Shown here in pieces: positions 38,245-47,931 of a DNA stretch of 64,000 nucleotides (position 1 is its first letter; each line of letters opens with the position of its first letter). The stretch is taken from NCBI GenBank assembly GCA_038045705.1, contig JBBSXO010000002.1:11091-75090 (forward strand), read 5' to 3'. The notes under the pieces were generated by a model. The model did no database searches. It was not told the origin of the DNA and saw nothing but the letters and a program-made list of their open reading frames with translations. The translations under genes and the position numbers were made by a program. This stretch comes from Nanobdellota archaeon (GTDB lineage Archaea > Nanobdellota > Nanobdellia > Pacearchaeales > GW2011-AR1).

Positions 38245-38733
38245 TTAAAGGTCTCGTCTTCTATCTTTTTTCTGTTGATCTTGTTCACGCTCGCCAACAT
38301 AGGTTCTACCAGGATTTATCTCTCCTCTTGATTGTTGTTGTTCCACCTTATTATTTTGAAAAGTTCTATCTTGTTCAAAATTTCTTTCTCCAAAGTTTCT
38401 AGTGCCACTATCTGTTGCCTCAGCAGAACCAACAGGTTTGTAATTATTACCTTGATAAGAATTATTTCCCCCTCCAACATAAGATGGTCTGAAATCAATC
38501 TCATCTCTATCTTTTTTAGCAACTCTAACTGACCTTTCTTCAGGAGTACTTTGAGAACCTTCAGTAGCATCTAAAGTTGAAGTTTTGTTAAATCTTCTTA
38601 CAGAAACCGAAGAGAAATCATTTCCTGCTTCTTCAAATTCTTCTTCATCAAACTCATCATCTATAGACTCAACTTTTTTTGGAATTTCTTTAATGGGAGA
38701 TTCAATTTTCTTTATTTCTTTTATTTTTGACAT
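38245..38733 (-). CDS. low-complexity, charged (likely disordered) protein
   Basis: 162 aa with an acidic block (DDEFDEEEFEE) and an N/Q/R/G-rich remainder. It sits between two larger genes on the same strand. Confidence 0.4.
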   Translation of the reverse strand: MSKIKEIKKIESPIKEIPKKVESIDDEFDEEEFEEAGNDFSSVSVRRFNKTSTLDATEGSQSTPEERSVRVAKKDRDEIDFRPSYVGGGNNSYQGNNYKPVGSAEATDSGTRNFGERNFEQDRTFQNNKVEQQQSRGEINPGRTYVGEREQDQQKKDRRRDL

Positions 38734-38766
38734 ATTTATTTAGATTAAGGATAGTTAAATATTTTC

Positions 38767-40407
38767 CTATTGAGCATCATATGGATTAGCATGTGAAGGC
38801 ATACCATGTGCTTTCTTATAAGTATCAAATATAGTAAAACAAGATTCTCTTGCACTTAATGCAGTTTGAGAACGCACAACCTTTTCATATTCATTATCAG
38901 GATCTACACCTTTAGTTAAATCTGCTTTTTCTTTGTCTTTTTTCTTAATTCTAAAAGCAGAAAAGAAAGCTTTCAGACCAAAATCATCTCCTGAACCTTT
39001 CTTTCTTTTTTCATCTTCTTCTTTCTTTTTCTTATCCTCTTCTTCTATTTCCGATTCTTCTTTTCCTTCGGTTAATGCCCTAATCTCTTTCTCAATCTGT
39101 TTCAAACTATCATCAGTTACACCTTGAACAAGTTTCAAAACACTATTAAGATCGTCTTTCTCAAGCTCATCTTTTAAAACCTTAAGCTCTTGTTCATTTA
39201 GAGCATAACTAGTAAATTTAACTTCAGTCTTTCCACCAAAAGACCAATCTCCTCTTTGGGATATTCTTTGTGGTATACCTCTAAAACTTAATTCTAAAAT
39301 TAGAACTTTATTATACTTCCTATCAAACTTAATTTTTTTAAATAAATCTGGAAGCAATCCAGCATCAACATCATCTTTAATATCGTAAGGTGAATTTGCA
39401 ATTAACTGCAATTCTAAAATCATTGTGTTAAAAGCAGTAACAAGAGCAGGATTTTTACTTTCTATGTTTTGTGCAAGTTTTTGTGCAGCAATTAAGTAAG
39501 GTTTAACCCACCTTGCATACATCTTAAGCATATTTACTTGAGATTTTAAGTAATTTCTTTCTATTTCATATCTCTGTTTAAGAGATGTATGAGACTCATC
39601 TATCCACATAAAGAATTCCTGAGCTCTCTGTTGTAAGATTCTTTTTACTCTCTCATTTAAATCAATACCTTCTCCTTTCGCATTCTGTAATTTATCATTT
39701 ACTACAGACATAAAAGCATCACGAAGTGTCACAAAGTCTAATTCCCCTGAAGATAAAGCGTTAATACTTCCTCTGCCCTTACGAATATCTACATTATCCA
39801 GCCAAATCTGTTTTAAGGAAAGCAACTGTTTATTTTTATCATCTTTGCTAGATTTTTCATCCATATAAACCTTGTAAGGTTTCAACCTTAACCTAAACTC
39901 TTTCAGATCATAGACTAAATTAAGAACAGATTTCAAAACGGTATTTACATTTCCCATTGTTCGTGAAGCTTCCTGTTGCATTTGAGTAGCCTTTCCCTGT
40001 AGTTCTGAGAAATGTCCAGATCCTGGAGAAGAGATAAAATTATCAGTTATCTTGTTTATTTCTCCACCTGCATATATGGCCTTAAGAAAATCTAGTAACC
40101 AAAAATAAATTGGTTCTAAACCTTCTGCAGGAGAATCATAAGTAAGGCTATGTTCTTCTTTTGGAGATTTCAGACCCCATAAATTTAAAGCATCAGCTTT
40201 AGCATCATCATAATTATAAGCAGGAAGGCTACTAGATTTAATTGGTTTAACTTCCTTCATTACTTTATCAGAAGAATAACCTTCTCGCTTAACAAGTTCC
40301 CTTACAATCTTAACTAAATCTATAGTCTTTCCATTCTCTCCTTCTTTAGTTTTCTCACAATAAATCTCGGGACTAATAGCTGCAATTAACTTATGAATAT
40401 CAACCAT
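38767..40407 (-). CDS. hypothetical 546-aa protein with a helical core and a Lys/Glu-rich C-terminal region
   Basis: Long ORF with no motif I recognise. It is the first gene of the 40407-36216 same-strand cluster. Confidence 0.5.
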   Translation of the reverse strand: MVDIHKLIAAISPEIYCEKTKEGENGKTIDLVKIVRELVKREGYSSDKVMKEVKPIKSSSLPAYNYDDAKADALNLWGLKSPKEEHSLTYDSPAEGLEPIYFWLLDFLKAIYAGGEINKITDNFISSPGSGHFSELQGKATQMQQEASRTMGNVNTVLKSVLNLVYDLKEFRLRLKPYKVYMDEKSSKDDKNKQLLSLKQIWLDNVDIRKGRGSINALSSGELDFVTLRDAFMSVVNDKLQNAKGEGIDLNERVKRILQQRAQEFFMWIDESHTSLKQRYEIERNYLKSQVNMLKMYARWVKPYLIAAQKLAQNIESKNPALVTAFNTMILELQLIANSPYDIKDDVDAGLLPDLFKKIKFDRKYNKVLILELSFRGIPQRISQRGDWSFGGKTEVKFTSYALNEQELKVLKDELEKDDLNSVLKLVQGVTDDSLKQIEKEIRALTEGKEESEIEEEDKKKKEEDEKRKKGSGDDFGLKAFFSAFRIKKKDKEKADLTKGVDPDNEYEKVVRSQTALSARESCFTIFDTYKKAHGMPSHANPYDAQ

Positions 40408-40486
40408 CTTCTTTTAATTACAAATAGAATCTATTTATTTAAAGGTGTTGGAGTATATTTATATAAGATAAAACGCTAAAAAGAAG

Positions 40487-40873
40487 ATGTTCAAAAAAAG
40501 AGAAAGTATAGAGATTTTAGATATTCCAGAATTGCATAGAAAAAAATTAATCAAATTACCAGAAGTACAAAAAGAAGAGTCTACAAAAATAACAAATGAC
40601 GGTTTTTTTGATCTTTCACAAATTACTCCTCAAAACAACAATATTTCTGAAGTAACTCAAAAAAATGAAGAAATAAAAACTCAAGAAACTAACCAGTTAA
40701 CAAACTTCTTGACAGATTTTGCTTCAATAGGAACATCAAACCCAACACAAAATGTCCAAAAAGAAACAAAAACAGAAGACAGCTCTGAAGTAAAAGACTT
40801 AAAATGGAGAATAGAAAATCTAGAGTTTAAATTAGAGCAATTAATAGAAAAAGTAAACTCAATAAATGAATAA
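40487..40873 (+). CDS. hypothetical coiled-coil protein
   Basis: 128 aa. The C-terminal VKDLKWRIENLEFKLEQLIEKV is coiled-coil-like. Confidence 0.4.
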   Translation: MFKKRESIEILDIPELHRKKLIKLPEVQKEESTKITNDGFFDLSQITPQNNNISEVTQKNEEIKTQETNQLTNFLTDFASIGTSNPTQNVQKETKTEDSSEVKDLKWRIENLEFKLEQLIEKVNSINE

Positions 40874-40930
40874 TTACACCTCCGGAGTAATGTTTAAATA
40901 ATGCTTTATCATTAAAACGTCGAGAGGAAG

Positions 40931-41770
40931 ATGAATAAAGAAAAAATACCTAGCAAGCCTGTTAAAAAGAATTATTCTAAATTCAGAACAGACAAAGATA
41001 TTGCAATGGACTTTGCGACAAAAGTTCAAAGAAAATTTGACCATTTAATTAAAGCAACAGTTCTATTTGGTTCACAAGTTTCAGGAGAAATAAAACCAGG
41101 TTCTGATATAGATATTGTAATAATTTTAGATGATGCATCAATAAATTGGGACATGGAATTAACTGCATGGTACAGAGAAGAGCTGTCAAAATTAATTACA
41201 GAACAAAACTATTCTAGAGACTTACATGTAAACACAATTAGATTGACGACATGGTGGCGCGATTTATTGCACGGAGACCCAGTAGTACTAAACATAGTGA
41301 GGCAAGGTCAAGTCCTAATTGATATAGGAGGATTCTTCAATCCAATAAAATCATTAATGATTCAAGGTAAGATACACTCAACTCCTGAAGCAGTTTATGC
41401 CGCGTTACAAAGATCTCCTTATCATTTAACGAGAAGCAAAATGTCTATGCTAAACGCAGTAGAAGGAGTTTATTGGTGCATGGTAGAAGCAGCCCAAGCA
41501 GCTTTAATCACTTTGGGAAAATTACCTCCTTCACCAGAACATATAACTAAAATGTTACATGAAAATTTTGTTGAAACAGGAGTCTTAAAGTCAGAATTTG
41601 TAAAATGGTACCATAACATACACATTTTACACAAACAAATAGCTCACGGCGAAATAAAAATGGTAAAAGCACAAGAAATAGAGACATCCCAAATAAGAGC
41701 AGAAGAATTTATGAAAAAAATGGTTGAAATTATAGACAAATTAATAGAAGCTCGTAAAGATCAAAAATAA
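40931..41770 (+). CDS. nucleotidyltransferase-domain protein with a helical (HEPN-like) C-terminal half
   Basis: Pol-beta-type NTase motif LFGSQVSGEIKPGSDIDIVIILDD. It is a paralog of the central part of the 47932-49752 protein. Confidence 0.7.
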   Translation: MNKEKIPSKPVKKNYSKFRTDKDIAMDFATKVQRKFDHLIKATVLFGSQVSGEIKPGSDIDIVIILDDASINWDMELTAWYREELSKLITEQNYSRDLHVNTIRLTTWWRDLLHGDPVVLNIVRQGQVLIDIGGFFNPIKSLMIQGKIHSTPEAVYAALQRSPYHLTRSKMSMLNAVEGVYWCMVEAAQAALITLGKLPPSPEHITKMLHENFVETGVLKSEFVKWYHNIHILHKQIAHGEIKMVKAQEIETSQIRAEEFMKKMVEIIDKLIEARKDQK

Positions 41771-41784
41771 AGATTGATAAAAAA

Positions 41785-42519
41785 TTAAGCTGCTTTCTTC
41801 TTAGCGCGTTCTTTCTCTTTTTCAACACTATATTGAGCAACAGCTATTCCAAGACCATAAGCTTCAGCAGGTCTATCTTTATCTTTTGTAGCATCATATC
41901 CTGCCATAGCATATCCTCTTAAAAGATCATCTTCTAAAGCATCGAAAGCCCTTATTTTATTAATAGCATCAGTTTGCACAGCACTCTTAGCAATGTTAAG
42001 ATTATTTCTTAATACCCATGCAATAGAACCCTTTAGAGAGTTAGATTTGGCTCCATTGATAAGATCTTCATTATATTTATTAGCAACTTCATTCAAAGCA
42101 TTTTCATCAGTAAGTATTTGTTGTGCATTGTAAGCATCTTTATGTGCTTTAATTACATCAGTAAGACCAAATGGTAACGAGAAAGGTTTCTTACTCATTA
42201 AATATTGTCTTAAAGTTTTACCTCCAATACCATCAATAGCTTCACGTACATCAGATTGCACTTCAGTCACAACTCCACTAAAGACTTCTCCCAAATAAGC
42301 TTCAAGCCTTTCTCCTTGTCTAGCGGAAGTCATGTCTGCAGAATAAGCCTGTAAATGTTCCCATCTTTCAACATCCTTAGGATTTTTTGATTTATCAAGA
42401 CCTTGCATCTTAGCAATTTCTAAAGCAGCATTTAAACCCCTAACCTTAGTAAATTTATCTCTGAAAGCCTCAGCTACCATTGCACCATTACCTGCTTTTA
42501 TGATTGTTTCCAATGTCAT
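41785..42519 (-). CDS. hypothetical alpha-helical protein
   Basis: 244 aa, Ala/Lys-rich, with no recognised motif. Confidence 0.45.
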   Translation of the reverse strand: MTLETIIKAGNGAMVAEAFRDKFTKVRGLNAALEIAKMQGLDKSKNPKDVERWEHLQAYSADMTSARQGERLEAYLGEVFSGVVTEVQSDVREAIDGIGGKTLRQYLMSKKPFSLPFGLTDVIKAHKDAYNAQQILTDENALNEVANKYNEDLINGAKSNSLKGSIAWVLRNNLNIAKSAVQTDAINKIRAFDALEDDLLRGYAMAGYDATKDKDRPAEAYGLGIAVAQYSVEKEKERAKKKAA

Positions 42520-42581
42520 AAAAACAATATAAGTTCGTACTATTTAAATCTTTCTATTTTGTTCACACTATATAGTAACAA

Positions 42582-45338
42582 CTATTCAGCAGACTCAATT
42601 TGACCCTGAGGCTCAAGCATCTTTCTAACAGCAGGATTATTCTCAACTTCACCAAACACAATAGCATCAAATAATATATCCTGCTGTACTTCATAAGGTA
42701 TCTCTGAAACTTCCATTTTTTCACTAGATAACTCAATAATCTCTTCTTCAACTTTTTTAGAAGCAAAATCCTCCGAACTCAAAGACATAGAGTCATTCAA
42801 CGCTGGTATCTCACTAGAAGCCCCCTTTCCAGGATTATAATCTCCCTCTTCAACACCCCAACTTTCTATATGTTTCATAACATCATTATGAGCTATGGCA
42901 GGTTCAACATGCTCAGAAGCTTGAAGCATAGGCCTTATAGTCTGCAAACCAATCCCTTGAGAAGGCGCATGGTGAACTGGAGTATCAATTCCATGAGAGA
43001 TTCTCTTTATCTTTACAGTTCTTTCTACATCATTAAACTTCTCATGAACTTTAGTCTTAGTATTTTCGATCTCATTAATCAAAAGAGAAACAGCATGTGC
43101 GGCATCAGCATTTACTGAAATACTGTCTATCCCCTCTGAAATTAAAAACTTGACCATCTCAGGCTTACTTCCAGCCTGTCCACAAATAGATGTTTCAACA
43201 CCATATTTCTTACAACGTCTTATAACATAAGAAATAGAATTAAGTATAGCAGGATTAAGCTCATTATACAAATTCTGAACATCTTCATTATTTCTATCTA
43301 GCGCTAAGGTATACTGAGTTAAGTCATTAGTTCCAAAGCTAACAAAGTTAATCCCTTCTTCACAAAGGTCATTTATTATTTGAACAGCAGCTGGTGTTTC
43401 AACCATGATTCCTAGTTTAACATTACTCGGAAATTTAACTTTAGAAGCAATTCTTTTGGCAGACTTCACTTCATCAACAGAGATTATCTGAGGAAACATC
43501 ACACCAAATATTTTTTTACTATATTCGTCAGCAAGCTCTTTAATAGCCATGAATTCAGCTTCAAGTAAATCTTCATTCTTTAAACTAAATCTTATTCCGT
43601 GATCTCCTAACATCGGATTCATCTCTATAGTTTCAGGAGCACCTTCCAAATTTCTATATTCATCACTTCTAATATCTGAAGTTCTAATCCACATTTCATC
43701 AAAATGTTTTGCTATTTTCTTAAGACCAGAGTGTATAGTTGAAACATACTCATTCAGTTTATTCTTTTTGACAAACCAAACTGGATGTTTACCAGAAGTA
43801 GCAATTAAAGTCTCCAATCTAATCAAACCTACACCAGTAACACCAGATAAAGCAGCACGTTCTGCATAATCTGGCAAATCAACTATTGTTTTTATCTTTG
43901 TCTTTTTAGTTGGAACTATCTGTTTAATTTCCACCTTTTTTTCAAAAGTCTTTCCGTCAAATATACGACCAGTAAATCCATCAACAGTAACTAATTGTCC
44001 ATCCTTAAGTCTTTCAGTAGAATTGCGAGTTCCAACAACCGCAGGAATTCCCATCTCACGAGAAATAATAGCTGCATGTGATGTTGCTCCACCTTCATCC
44101 GTAATTATTGCTGAAGCCCTTGCCATTGCAACAACCATATCAGGATTAGTCATCTTAGTTACGAGAATAGACCCTTTACTAACTTTAGAAAGCTCATCAA
44201 GAGAATGAACTATTTTAACTATTCCAGATGCAACTCCAGGAGAAGCAGCTAAACCAGAAAGTAAAACATTACCTTCTATTTCTTGATTACTTTCATGAAC
44301 TTTGGTAGTAATGGGTCTTGATTGCACAATATAGACGCCATCTCTATCTATAGCAAACTCAATATCTTGAGGTTTACCATAATGCTCTTCAAGTTTCAGA
44401 CCATATTGACCTAGAATCTTAAGCTCATGACCTGTCAAAACTTCCCTATTACTTATTTCATGACTTAATTTTACTTCTTCGGTTTTTCCTGAAGAGCTTC
44501 TTGTTAAAGCTATTTTTTTATCTGATATTTTATGATCTACCAAATCAAGCTTGGAATTCATCACATAATGATCTGGAGAAATCATCCCAGAGACTATCCC
44601 CTCTCCTAAACCAAAAACAGCTTCAATAACAATATTTCCATCGTTCTTCAAAGGATTTTTAGAAAACATAACACCAGATTTTTGCGAATCAATCATTCTT
44701 TGAACTACAACAGCTAAATATCCTTTTTCAGTTGCAAACCCTTTCTTTTTACGATAATAAATTGCTCTAGCAGTAAACAAAGAGGCAAAACATTTTTTTA
44801 CAGACTCAATTAAAGAATCAGCCCCTTTAACATTTAAGAAAGTCTCTTGTTGCCCTGCAAAACTAGCATCTGCTAAATCTTCCATCGTAGCACTAGAACG
44901 AACTGCAACAAATGGAGGTTCATGAGAGTTCTTCAATATTGATAGGGCTCCATCAGTCATCCCTTTATGTTTGATTCTTTCCCTCTCAACATCTAAAACT
45001 TGATATGCTTCAGCAATATCATTTCTCATTTCATGAGACATAGGAGCATCGACTATCAATCCTCTAATCTTTTTAGCAGTAGACTCAAGTTGTTTTGTAT
45101 CATCAACATCAATTGAATTTACAAGATTAATTATCTGATTTCTAAGTCCAGATTTTTCGATAAAATAATCATAAGCCTGTGCAGTTACAATAAATCCAGG
45201 AGGCACAGGAAATTTATTGTTATACATCTCCGCTAAACTTGCACCTTTACCACCAGCAATGGAAATATCCTTATTACTCAATTCGGAAAACCATTTAACA
45301 AATCCTTTATTAGCATCACCCATAAAGAAAGAAAACAC
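42582..45338 (-). CDS. ppsA: phosphoenolpyruvate synthase / pyruvate, water dikinase with a C-terminal extension of about 150 aa
   Basis: N-terminal ATP-grasp (GGKGASLAEM), phosphohistidine swivel (TDEGGATSHAAIISREMGIPAVVG), PEP-utilising TIM barrel (FVSFGTNDLTQY, CGQAG), then an unassigned tail. Confidence 0.9.
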   Translation of the reverse strand: MFSFFMGDANKGFVKWFSELSNKDISIAGGKGASLAEMYNNKFPVPPGFIVTAQAYDYFIEKSGLRNQIINLVNSIDVDDTKQLESTAKKIRGLIVDAPMSHEMRNDIAEAYQVLDVERERIKHKGMTDGALSILKNSHEPPFVAVRSSATMEDLADASFAGQQETFLNVKGADSLIESVKKCFASLFTARAIYYRKKKGFATEKGYLAVVVQRMIDSQKSGVMFSKNPLKNDGNIVIEAVFGLGEGIVSGMISPDHYVMNSKLDLVDHKISDKKIALTRSSSGKTEEVKLSHEISNREVLTGHELKILGQYGLKLEEHYGKPQDIEFAIDRDGVYIVQSRPITTKVHESNQEIEGNVLLSGLAASPGVASGIVKIVHSLDELSKVSKGSILVTKMTNPDMVVAMARASAIITDEGGATSHAAIISREMGIPAVVGTRNSTERLKDGQLVTVDGFTGRIFDGKTFEKKVEIKQIVPTKKTKIKTIVDLPDYAERAALSGVTGVGLIRLETLIATSGKHPVWFVKKNKLNEYVSTIHSGLKKIAKHFDEMWIRTSDIRSDEYRNLEGAPETIEMNPMLGDHGIRFSLKNEDLLEAEFMAIKELADEYSKKIFGVMFPQIISVDEVKSAKRIASKVKFPSNVKLGIMVETPAAVQIINDLCEEGINFVSFGTNDLTQYTLALDRNNEDVQNLYNELNPAILNSISYVIRRCKKYGVETSICGQAGSKPEMVKFLISEGIDSISVNADAAHAVSLLINEIENTKTKVHEKFNDVERTVKIKRISHGIDTPVHHAPSQGIGLQTIRPMLQASEHVEPAIAHNDVMKHIESWGVEEGDYNPGKGASSEIPALNDSMSLSSEDFASKKVEEEIIELSSEKMEVSEIPYEVQQDILFDAIVFGEVENNPAVRKMLEPQGQIESAE

Positions 45339-45415
45339 AATCAGTTAATAAATATTACTTCAATTCAAGCTGATCTTTTATTATGATGTCATAATCTTCA
45401 ACAACATTAAATAGG

Positions 45416-46498
45416 TTATGTTTTCTCTGTAGAAAGCTTAGTTTTAACGAATTCAATAATATTTTTCTTAAATCTATCCAAATCTTTCTTCATAAAACTA
45501 CCACCAGATGCATTAGGATGTCCAGCACCCATTGCATTTTCAAGTCCTTTAACTCCATATCCAAGCATTTCATTCATAAAGTAGATAAGTTTATCAGCAT
45601 TATTACGAACAGAGACTTTTAGCCTATCAGTTCCATTAATTTCAGAAAAAGTAATTATTGTAGAACCCCTATGTCTGACAGAGAGTATTGTAGACATTTT
45701 TGAACCCATAGAAAATCGAGATTTAAATAAATAAAAATACAAATGATTATCAAAATGTCTTTCAGCATTTTTCTCAAAATCTTGTAAACACCTCTCCATT
45801 TCAGAAGAAACTTCAGAATGAATATTGTCAATAACCTCAAAATCTTTCTTTAGTAAAATATCGTAAGCTTTTAAAGAATCTTTTGAATAATAAATCACTA
45901 AAGAACTTGTCTTATTTACAACATTAAATATTTCTGAATTCTCAACATTCTTTGCATCAAAATCAGGGTAATGTTTCTGTATAAATTTCAAGTTCTCATC
46001 ACCCTTATAAGAAAACTCTGAAATAGCAGTAACACAAGCTAACCAAGTCCATTTACTATAATCTATTATTCCTTCGCCAAATCTATAAATAACTAGCCCA
46101 GTACAATCATGACCATCTGTTTTAATCACATTCTCATCCATTATTAATTTAAGATTAACAGGGTGATGATCTATAAAACAAACATTAAAATTTTTTCTAA
46201 ATTTTTCAAATTCATCTATCATCTCCATATCAACATTCAAATCAAGAACAAAAACCCTCTTTATTTCAATTTTGTTAAATCTTTCAGCAAGTTTGTCAAG
46301 AGCCCCAGTGGTATAAGAGATAAAATTAATATCTGCTTTAATTATGGGATACTTCTTTTTCAATATCTCAACCATAAAAATAGCAGAAGTCATACCATCA
46401 AGACAATTAGCATGTGAAACTATTCCAACCATTTCTTCATCTTTCAAGCTATCTAAGAAATTAAAGAAATTTCTTTTATGTTTTTCAAAATCCTGCAT
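45416..46498 (-). CDS. DHH/DHHA1-family phosphoesterase
   Basis: Motifs SHANCLDGMTSA, FIDHHP (DHH) and GAGHPNASGG (DHHA1 GGGH-type). Confidence 0.8.
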   Translation of the reverse strand: MQDFEKHKRNFFNFLDSLKDEEMVGIVSHANCLDGMTSAIFMVEILKKKYPIIKADINFISYTTGALDKLAERFNKIEIKRVFVLDLNVDMEMIDEFEKFRKNFNVCFIDHHPVNLKLIMDENVIKTDGHDCTGLVIYRFGEGIIDYSKWTWLACVTAISEFSYKGDENLKFIQKHYPDFDAKNVENSEIFNVVNKTSSLVIYYSKDSLKAYDILLKKDFEVIDNIHSEVSSEMERCLQDFEKNAERHFDNHLYFYLFKSRFSMGSKMSTILSVRHRGSTIITFSEINGTDRLKVSVRNNADKLIYFMNEMLGYGVKGLENAMGAGHPNASGGSFMKKDLDRFKKNIIEFVKTKLSTEKT

Positions 46499-46563
46499 TA
46501 ATCAAAACAATAAAAGCTATATAAAATCCTTTCTAAAATGAAACACCTTTGAGTTCCTCATAA

Positions 46564-47133
46564 TTATTGAGAAACAGGAGTAGGAGAATGAGCCTTATCT
46601 TCAACTTTATCAAACAAAACACGAGTTCTACAAGGCAACTTTGCCTTAGCCATAGAAATTATTTCTCGAGCTACCTTAACGGTAGATTCAGAATCACAAG
46701 CAACCATAAATAATTCCTGACCTCCCAAAACACGAGCAGCTCTGCCCTCAATAATACCAAATGACTGTTTCATACCAGTAGATAAACGGTCTGCTCCAGC
46801 CCCAGCAGCTGCTTTATTATTTCTCAAAATGTGATGTGGGTGTATCTTAACCCAAAGATAAAATTTACCAGCTAATCTTGTCTCAAGATTCTTAGTCAAA
46901 ACCATTCTTCCAGCTTCAATTGCTAAATCTTTAATAACAATCATCTCATCTGAAATAAGTCTTAAAATAAAAGGTAACTTTCCTTCAACAAAAGCCTTCT
47001 GATTCCCAATATTATATTTAACAACTTTATTTGGAGGAACAACTTTAATGTAAGACTTTGATTTTGCTTTAGAAACACGAGTATAAGGTCTATTGTGTTT
47101 TTTAGAATATGAAAGGGATTTACGAACAGCCAT
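46564..47133 (-). CDS. rpl10e: 50S ribosomal protein uL16 (L10e)
   Basis: 189 aa. The RPYTRVSK...YI opening and overall L10e pattern. Confidence 0.9.
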   Translation of the reverse strand: MAVRKSLSYSKKHNRPYTRVSKAKSKSYIKVVPPNKVVKYNIGNQKAFVEGKLPFILRLISDEMIVIKDLAIEAGRMVLTKNLETRLAGKFYLWVKIHPHHILRNNKAAAGAGADRLSTGMKQSFGIIEGRAARVLGGQELFMVACDSESTVKVAREIISMAKAKLPCRTRVLFDKVEDKAHSPTPVSQ

Positions 47134-47216
47134 GTTAAATTTTATCCTCGAAAATGAAATTCAATTCACTGTTATATTGTGAGTGAAGGCGAGCAGTGTG
47201 AGTTAAATAAATCATT

Positions 47217-47471
47217 TTATTTTACTTCCACATCTGTTGTTACAGCTTGTCCAGGCAATCCAGTTTCAAAAATAGCTCTAACAAGACCTTTATTTCCATG
47301 AGCATCACTTATCTTTCCATGAATTGCTTTTCCAGCTGTACTCTTCCAAATAACCTGTTTTCCAACAAGTTTTTTAGCATCATCACGAGAATTAAACCCT
47401 AAGTCTAGTAAGTAGTGTCTTTCATGAATCCTGTGTCTGCTTCTTCTAAACTGCACTATAATTCCTTTCAT
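47217..47471 (-). CDS. rpl35ae: 50S ribosomal protein eL33 (L35Ae)
   Basis: 84 aa. GIIVQFRRSRHR...AKKLVGKQVIWKS..GK.IHGKI...HGNKGLVRAIFETGLPGQA matches the L35Ae pattern. Confidence 0.85.
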   Translation of the reverse strand: MKGIIVQFRRSRHRIHERHYLLDLGFNSRDDAKKLVGKQVIWKSTAGKAIHGKISDAHGNKGLVRAIFETGLPGQAVTTDVEVK

Positions 47472-47518
47472 CTTTTTACGATAGAAAATAGGGTTTTTAA
47501 AGCTTGCTTGTAAGAGCC

Positions 47519-47833
47519 CTAACGTTGATATTTTCTTTTATCAAATACATTGGATGCAATTTCTTCTCCAAGAAAAGACCCAATATAAGGTAATGTAGGT
47601 ACTCGATCTTTCCACATAGCATATGAAACACCAGTAAAACCAGCAATAGAAATCCCCCAAGAAACAGGATCTTCAAAAAAAGGACTATCTATAAAACCAT
47701 TAATTGCTAAATATGAAAGACTCTTTATTAAAAAGATAGGGACAAAAAAACCCAAAACACACCCAATAGTTCTTCCAGCCACTGAAATAACCTTATCTTC
47801 AAGCTTAGATTCGATACCCATACAAAAAAACAA
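47519..47833 (-). CDS. small membrane protein
   Basis: 104 aa with 2-3 hydrophobic helices. Confidence 0.4.
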   Translation of the reverse strand: MFFCMGIESKLEDKVISVAGRTIGCVLGFFVPIFLIKSLSYLAINGFIDSPFFEDPVSWGISIAGFTGVSYAMWKDRVPTLPYIGSFLGEEIASNVFDKRKYQR

Positions 47834-47931
47834 GATACATTATTTTTAAAGCTTTAGATCAAATTTTTAAAAAGACATATTACTATAAAATAAGAGATTA
47901 TAATCCTATGTTGTCGTGATTTTGCAACAAA

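Noticed and set aside
38316-38570. Alternative-frame ORFs (38316-38570 minus strand, 38332-38532 plus strand, 38933-39127 plus strand, 36683-36877 minus strand, 37521-37730 plus strand)
   Set aside because: They overlap longer, better-supported ORFs in repetitive Lys/Glu-rich coding sequence and are frame-shadow artefacts.
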